DNA of 11,475 nucleotides from Deferribacterales bacterium (GTDB taxonomy: Bacteria > Chrysiogenota > Deferribacteres > Deferribacterales > Geovibrionaceae). Below are positions 6,589 through 11,475 of the stretch, piece by piece (position 1 is the stretch's first letter; each line of letters opens with the position of its first letter). The translations under genes were made by a program, and so were the position numbers. Under the pieces are notes generated by a model that saw only the letters and a program-made list of their open reading frames with translations, did not search any database and had not been told where the DNA came from. Location of the stretch: positions 1-11,475 of the forward strand of contig JBFWJG010000060.1 of NCBI GenBank assembly GCA_050253335.1. The letters are read 5' to 3'.

Positions 6589-7389
6589 TCAGATGCCCAG
6601 AAAGGAAATGCCTCTGGAATCCGCATATGCTTTGCAGCCGTCATAATCGACAATAAACGTGCTGCCCGCCTCAACCGCCAGAACACTTCCTTTATTATCT
6701 GCTATTTGTTTCAGAGTGTCAACACCTACGGTAGGTATGTCAAACCTGTCGTCCTGAAACGGACGTTTGATTTTTATAACAACCGCTTTGTTTTTAGCAA
6801 GCTTACAGCCGCGCTCTATCGCCGCGTCAGTGCCCTCCAGAGCCTCGACCGCCATTACTGCTCGCTTGCGCACAATTATGGTCTGCCCTATGTCAAGCTC
6901 GCCGATTTTTTTTGCGATCGCAAAGCCGAATTCGATATCCGCCTGTTCCTCTTTGTCCGGTTTACGGGAAGAGATCTGACCTTCCGGCGCAAGAAAACGG
7001 CTTAGAACCTCTGTCTGTTTCATGATATTTATTCCGTTGGCCTCGAACTCTTCCCTGACAGCACCCATCAGCGTGTCGTCACGGAAGTCCCTGACCCTGA
7101 AAATCAGCTTGAAAAGCGTGGCGTCAAAACGGAGCCTGCCGAGCAGAACATCCTTGTCTACCTTTCCGGCAAACACCACATCCGTCACGCCCGCTTTTCT
7201 GAGTGTTTTAATTACTTTTCCCACCTGAAGAGGGGAAAAGACAGGGAGATCGCCGCAGTAAGGGCGGAGAAAGTCTGCGACGCCTTCCGCAAGGGCAATT
7301 ACCATGTGCTCCTTTCCGGCGGCTTCCAGCTCTCTCTTCACCAGAAGGGGTATCTCCCCCCTTCCGGCAATTATCCCTATTTTACTCAA
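6589..7389 (-). CDS. lpxI: UDP-2,3-diacylglucosamine pyrophosphatase LpxI (DUF1009)
   Basis: IGIIAGRG, DIGQ, EALEGTD and QDDRFDIPTVG motifs; located in the lpx cluster. TTG start overlaps the upstream stop (TTGA). Confidence 0.93.
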   Translation of the reverse strand: MSKIGIIAGRGEIPLLVKRELEAAGKEHMVIALAEGVADFLRPYCGDLPVFSPLQVGKVIKTLRKAGVTDVVFAGKVDKDVLLGRLRFDATLFKLIFRVRDFRDDTLMGAVREEFEANGINIMKQTEVLSRFLAPEGQISSRKPDKEEQADIEFGFAIAKKIGELDIGQTIIVRKRAVMAVEALEGTDAAIERGCKLAKNKAVVIKIKRPFQDDRFDIPTVGVDTLKQIADNKGSVLAVEAGSTFIVDYDGCKAYADSRGISFLGI

Positions 7390-8360
7390 ATTCTGACCTC
7401 TTCAGCACCTATGCCCTTTGTGAGCATATCATCAATCTTCAGGGCAATTTTGAGCGACTTCAGTTCATGCTCCACAGTGACAACACGCTTTACCGTTCCG
7501 TTTATGCAGTCTATGAAGTGCCTGATCTCCTGTTTCAGAGGGTTGTCCTTGTAAACAAAGAGCCTTTCCATAATATACTCGTTTCTGTAGTGAAGCTCCT
7601 TGTTTCCGAAAACGTGCTGACTCTGCGCGTTGCGGTAGATGTTGATGTCCTGACTGGTGTAGTCCAGCGTGATGAAGGCATCCTTCTGGCTTATGCTCAT
7701 TATCCTGTCTTTCTTCTGGGTCACACGGCTCACAACTATCTGCGCCGTCGTGTTTCCGTCAAAGCGGATATTCACAGCCGCATAGTCCGGCAGATCGGAG
7801 TAAACCTTGGAGCCTGAAGCCTGTATCTCAACAACATCAGCGCTCACCATGTTCACTATGATGTCTATGTCGTGAATCATCAGGTCAAGAATGATGCTGT
7901 CTTTGGCGAAGTTGGGGTTGAAGGGGCCGACCCTTCTGGATTCTATGAGGTAAGGATTGTCCGCTATTTTGCGGAGCTCCTGAACCGCGCCGTTGAACCT
8001 CTCCACATGGCCTATGTGAAGCACAAGGTTCTTTTTCGCTGCTATCTCAAAAAGTTTCTGAGCCTGTTCAAGGTTTGTGGTTATGGGTTTTTCCACAAGA
8101 ACGTGCTTGCCTGCCTCGAGACACTCCTTCACTATGTCGAAGTGATATTTCGTGGGAGCTGCAACGGTTACTGCGTCAACCTTGGGAAGAAGTTCACGGT
8201 AGTCGGTGAAAGCTTCGTATCTGAATCTGGATTTAAGCTCGTCCAGAACCGCCTGCGAAGAATCGCACATTCCTGTCATTTTTACATTCTGAAGCTCGTC
8301 GTATATATTCAGATGGTATTTGCCCATCTTGCCGAGCCCGATAAGGCCAACATTAAGCAT
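7386..8360 (-). CDS. Gfo/Idh/MocA NAD-dependent oxidoreductase, probably GnnA-like UDP-GlcNAc 3-dehydrogenase
   Basis: GLIGLGKMG Rossmann motif, EKP, GHVERFN and DLMIHDID; directly after lpxA. The family call is secure; the GnnA function is inferred from context. Confidence 0.88.
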   Translation of the reverse strand: MLNVGLIGLGKMGKYHLNIYDELQNVKMTGMCDSSQAVLDELKSRFRYEAFTDYRELLPKVDAVTVAAPTKYHFDIVKECLEAGKHVLVEKPITTNLEQAQKLFEIAAKKNLVLHIGHVERFNGAVQELRKIADNPYLIESRRVGPFNPNFAKDSIILDLMIHDIDIIVNMVSADVVEIQASGSKVYSDLPDYAAVNIRFDGNTTAQIVVSRVTQKKDRIMSISQKDAFITLDYTSQDINIYRNAQSQHVFGNKELHYRNEYIMERLFVYKDNPLKQEIRHFIDCINGTVKRVVTVEHELKSLKIALKIDDMLTKGIGAEEVRI

Positions 8361-8365
8361 GGTTT

Positions 8366-9133
8366 CTATCTCCGGGAGAAGCCTCTTTTCGAAGGGGCCT
8401 CTATAAAATCAATAAACATTTTTACTTCCTCAAACTGGGTAAGCTCTTTAAGGAGAGAGGGAACGCTTTCCCACGCATTTGAAAGATCGCCGTAAATATG
8501 CAGGGCTTTTTTCAATTCAAGTCTGGCTTCGCTGGTCATCCCTCTGCGGCGCAGGCCGACAATGTTCAGCCCCGGGATTCCGCCGTCAGCGAAAAGGCAG
8601 AAGTGCGGCACATCTTTGGTCACGCTGGCTCTGTTGCCCAGCATTACCATCGAACCGACACGGGTAAACTGGTGAACTCCCGCGTAGCCGCCGAACACAG
8701 TGAAATCGCCAACGTGCACATGCCCCGCCGTGCAGGAATAGTTAGTGAAAATAACGTTATTGCCCACAACGGAATCGTGGGCTATGTGGGAGCCTGTCAT
8801 AAGGTAGCAGTTGTCCCCCACGAGGGTTATCCAGTTTTCCTTGGTGGTTGCCCTGTGGATTGTGGCAAACTCCCTGACGACGCAGTTTCTGCCTATTTTA
8901 AGTTTGGTGTCTTCGCCTTTGAAGCCTGTGTCCTGAGGAGCTCCGCCCACGTGCGCATTGGCGCAGATTACTGTCCCTTCGCCAATCTCCGTGTGCATCT
9001 CCACAACAGCGTTAACGCCTATTTTTACACCAGCGCCGATTCTGCACCCTTTGCCCACATAGGCGCCGCGTTCTATCTCCGCTGTTTCATGCACTTCACT
9101 GCCCGGATCAACATACGCAAGAGGACTTATCAT
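8366..9133 (-). CDS. lpxA: Acyl-ACP--UDP-N-acetylglucosamine acyltransferase
   Basis: Hexapeptide repeats, PQD, REFATIHRAT, HIAHD (catalytic His), AGHV, HQF and GLNIVGLRRRG. ATGA overlap with fabZ. Confidence 0.96.
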   Translation of the reverse strand: MISPLAYVDPGSEVHETAEIERGAYVGKGCRIGAGVKIGVNAVVEMHTEIGEGTVICANAHVGGAPQDTGFKGEDTKLKIGRNCVVREFATIHRATTKENWITLVGDNCYLMTGSHIAHDSVVGNNVIFTNYSCTAGHVHVGDFTVFGGYAGVHQFTRVGSMVMLGNRASVTKDVPHFCLFADGGIPGLNIVGLRRRGMTSEARLELKKALHIYGDLSNAWESVPSLLKELTQFEEVKMFIDFIEAPSKRGFSRR

Positions 9134-9567
9134 TTCACTTCCCTCATAACCGCAGTGAGGATCGCCTCACACGCCGTTTCACCGTTAACGCTCGCCACGC
9201 ACTCGGACTTGAGGAGATCCCTCTTCGCCTTGAGCACTTCGCAGTTAAGCGTCAGCGTGTCACCCGGTTCGACAATTCTGCGGAACTTCGCATTTTCAAT
9301 GGACATAAAGAGAAAGAATTTCCCTTTGCCTGTCTCGCCCTGCCTGCTGAGAGCATATATTCCCGAAGCCTGCGCCAGAGCCTCAACAATAAGCACACCG
9401 GGCATAACCGGATAACCCGGGAAGTGACCCATGAAGTGCGGTTCGTTGAACGTTACATTTTTTATTGCCGTTATTCCGTTTTCTCTTATCTCAAGAACCT
9501 TGTCCACAAGGAGGAACGGGTAACGGTGGGGAAGAATTTCAAGAATCTTTCTCAGATCCATCATCAT
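9130..9567 (-). CDS. fabZ: 3-hydroxyacyl-ACP dehydratase
   Basis: LPHRYPFLLVD and GHFPGYPVMPGVLIVEALAQ. Start moved from 9588 to the ATG run at 9567/9564, which follows the RBS AAGGAG (9578-9573). Confidence 0.97.
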   Translation of the reverse strand: MMMDLRKILEILPHRYPFLLVDKVLEIRENGITAIKNVTFNEPHFMGHFPGYPVMPGVLIVEALAQASGIYALSRQGETGKGKFFLFMSIENAKFRRIVEPGDTLTLNCEVLKAKRDLLKSECVASVNGETACEAILTAVMREVK

Positions 9568-10591
9568 TGAGTCTCCTTGAGATATCATTCACTTTCTTTC
9601 TTATATCAGAGATTTCCAGCAGGGCAGCGTTATTTCTCATCCATTTCAGCCTCGGCTGAATCGGATAGCCGCCGTATATCCCGCCTTCTTCTATATCCCT
9701 GTCGACACCGCCCTGAGCGGCAATGACAGTTTTTGATACGACTTTTACATGATCTTTTGTGCCTGATCTAGCTCCGAAAATCACGTAATCGCCTATTTCA
9801 CAGCTTCCGGCTATGCCTGTCTGCCCCACGAAGATGCAGTGTTTCCCTATCTTCGTGTTGTGGCCGATCTGCACCTGATTGTCTATCTTGGTTCCTTCGC
9901 CTATGACAGTATCGCCCAGAGCGCCTCTGTCCACACAGGAGTTGGAGCCTATCTCAACATTATCGCCGAGGACAACCCCGCCGACCTGCGGTATTTTTAC
10001 TGAAACACCCTTATCCTGATAGTAGCCGAAGCCGTCAGCACCTATGACGCAGCCGGAATGGAGAATAACTCCGTTTCCGAGGCGGCAGCCGTGATAAACG
10101 GTAACATTAGGGTAGATAACGCAGTTATCGCCCACAACTGTCCCGGTTCCCACATATGAGTTAGGGTAAACCACTGTTCCTTCGCCGATGACGGCATCAT
10201 CCGCAATTGCGGCTCCGGCTTCGATTCTGGCTGTGGGAGCTATTTTTGCGGAGGGGGCGACATTTGCCCTCCCGCTCACTCCCGCGGACTTCGCGGCGGG
10301 CGGGTAAAAAATATCGATAGCAAGCGCCAGAGCCGCGCGGGCTTCCTTCACATAAATGACCGGTCTGTCCGCCGGAAAAGCGTGCCCTTCCGGAATAACA
10401 AAAGCGGAAGCCTCTCCCCTGAGGGCGGCCTCCGCCAGTTTTTTGTCAAACAGGAATGAGATGCAGCCGCTTTCGGCAGAATCCACAGGGCGGATGCCGG
10501 TGATTTCAGCATCCTCTCCCTCAAGCCTTCCGCCTAGTTTCGCGGCTATTTCCGAAAGCTTCAGCTTTCCGCTTATTTTTTTGCGTTCCAT
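9539..10591 (-). CDS. lpxD: UDP-3-O-(3-hydroxyacyl)glucosamine N-acyltransferase
   Basis: N-terminal uridine-binding domain, hexapeptide repeats, IGADGFGY, KIPQVGGV, VDRGALGDT and KIDNQVQIGHN. Overlaps both skp and fabZ. Confidence 0.97.
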   Translation of the reverse strand: MERKKISGKLKLSEIAAKLGGRLEGEDAEITGIRPVDSAESGCISFLFDKKLAEAALRGEASAFVIPEGHAFPADRPVIYVKEARAALALAIDIFYPPAAKSAGVSGRANVAPSAKIAPTARIEAGAAIADDAVIGEGTVVYPNSYVGTGTVVGDNCVIYPNVTVYHGCRLGNGVILHSGCVIGADGFGYYQDKGVSVKIPQVGGVVLGDNVEIGSNSCVDRGALGDTVIGEGTKIDNQVQIGHNTKIGKHCIFVGQTGIAGSCEIGDYVIFGARSGTKDHVKVVSKTVIAAQGGVDRDIEEGGIYGGYPIQPRLKWMRNNAALLEISDIRKKVNDISRRLNDDGSEKDS

Positions 10592-11088
10592 TCCTTGTTG
10601 TACCTTTCGATAACTATGTCTGTTATGTCCACTTTGTCGGAGAAATACATAACACCCGCATGCTGAAATTCAACTATGAGCTCGTAGTTAAGCTCTTTTC
10701 CGAGTTTTTCGGTAATGGTAAGCACTTCTGACTCTATATCTTTAAGGTAACGCGCCTCTATTCTCTGAAGCTGGTTGGAATAGTCTTTCTTCGCGCCGTT
10801 AAACTCTCTGACAAGCCTGTTGATCTCCGCAGTTTTCTTATCTTTCGCTTCAGGAGTGAGCAGGTTTGCCTGCTTCTCGAAATCATTCTGAAGCTTGGTA
10901 ATCTCTTTGCTGAGCTTCTCAAGCTCCGTGTCAAACTCTGATGCTTTGGTTTTCAGCTTGCTGTAAACGGACTTGCCGGAATCCGAAGTGCTGAGCACTT
11001 TCTGAAAATTGACAACGCCGATCTTGGCGAATGCCGTACCGGACATCATAAGAACCGCTGCAACAACTAAAGCCGTAAGTTTACTCAT
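10573..11088 (-). CDS. skp: OmpH/Skp periplasmic chaperone
   Basis: Signal peptide ending AFA, KIGVVNFQKVL, long coiled coil and VDITDIVI; directly upstream of lpxD. Start moved from 11103 to 11088 because GGAGG lies 8 nt upstream of that ATG. Confidence 0.92.
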   Translation of the reverse strand: MSKLTALVVAAVLMMSGTAFAKIGVVNFQKVLSTSDSGKSVYSKLKTKASEFDTELEKLSKEITKLQNDFEKQANLLTPEAKDKKTAEINRLVREFNGAKKDYSNQLQRIEARYLKDIESEVLTITEKLGKELNYELIVEFQHAGVMYFSDKVDITDIVIERYNKEWNAKK

Positions 11089-11148
11089 TAAAATAGCCTC
11101 CATAATTTATAATCACAAATTTTCCTTCCATGGAAAACCGCTGGTCAG

Positions 11149-11287
11149 TTCCGTCATTCTGAGGCAGAGCCGAAGAATCTCAAACTCCTCAGGCCTTCTG
11201 CACCCATCCCCCTTTAACAAAGGGGGAAAGAGGGGGATTTTCCATATCCCTCGCTGAGATCCTTCACCCTTCGGGTTCAGGATGACG
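11149..11287. repeat. Composite palindromic repeat, copy 1 (REP/REPIN-like)
   Basis: Inverted ends CGTCATTCTGA...GAAGAATCTC (11152-11181) and GAGATCCTTC...TCAGGATGACG (11256-11287) enclose the hairpin CCCCCTTT-AAC-AAAGGGGG (11208-11226). Confidence 0.9.
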
Positions 11288-11339
11288 CCGCAACATCACT
11301 GTTCCATCTATAGAAACTTTTGTTTTCTATTCTGTGTTC

Positions 11340-11475
11340 TTCCGTCATTCTGAGGCAGAGCTGAAGAATCTCAAACCTTTCAGGCCTTCCGCACCCATCC
11401 CCCTTTAACAAAGGGGGAAAGAGGGGGATTTTCCATATCCCTCGCTGAGATCCTTCACCCTTCGGGTTCAGGATG
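11340..11475. repeat. Composite palindromic repeat, copy 2 (runs off the window edge)
   Basis: Direct repeat of 11149-11284 at a 191-bp period, with 5 mismatches in 136 nt by manual comparison. Confidence 0.9.

Noticed and set aside
8498..9415. 305-aa plus-strand ORF, and similar ones at 6051-6656, 6493-7005, 7872-8495 and 4643-5059
   Set aside because: All lie antisense to conserved housekeeping genes and show no protein-family features.
11009..11257. 82-aa plus-strand ORF
   Set aside because: It spans the antisense of skp and the palindromic repeat, so it is a translation of repeat sequence.
11149..11475. Possible CRISPR array
   Set aside because: The repeat unit is ~136 bp, far longer than CRISPR repeats. 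Only two copies are visible and there are no cas genes in the window.

Overview
The window has two parts. Positions 1-~2382 are AT-rich and look like the end of an element integrated at a tRNA: a divergent Cys/His-motif hypothetical gene, an HTH excisionase-like gene and a tyrosine integrase that runs into the 3' end of a minus-strand tRNA-Val(GAC) at 2383-2454. The rest is higher-GC housekeeping DNA, all on the minus strand. It holds a skp-lpxD-fabZ-lpxA-(GnnA-like oxidoreductase)-lpxI-cheX-prepilin peptidase cluster, then tyrS and a DUF1015 gene. The host is a Gram-negative bacterium; my impression is Deferribacterota-like, which is unverified. The most interesting unexplained signals are non-coding: (1) two mirror-image, fixed-spacing sequence modules in front of the element's divergent genes; (2) a structured ~90-nt tyrS leader with a tRNA-Tyr anticodon-loop-like 7-mer beside the Shine-Dalgarno (SD) sequence; (3) a tandem, nested palindromic repeat upstream of skp with compensatory base changes; (4) a hairpin cluster upstream of the tRNA. 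The lpx cluster also hints at diaminoglucose-type lipid A. All calls come from reading the sequence by eye; no searches or folding programs were run.
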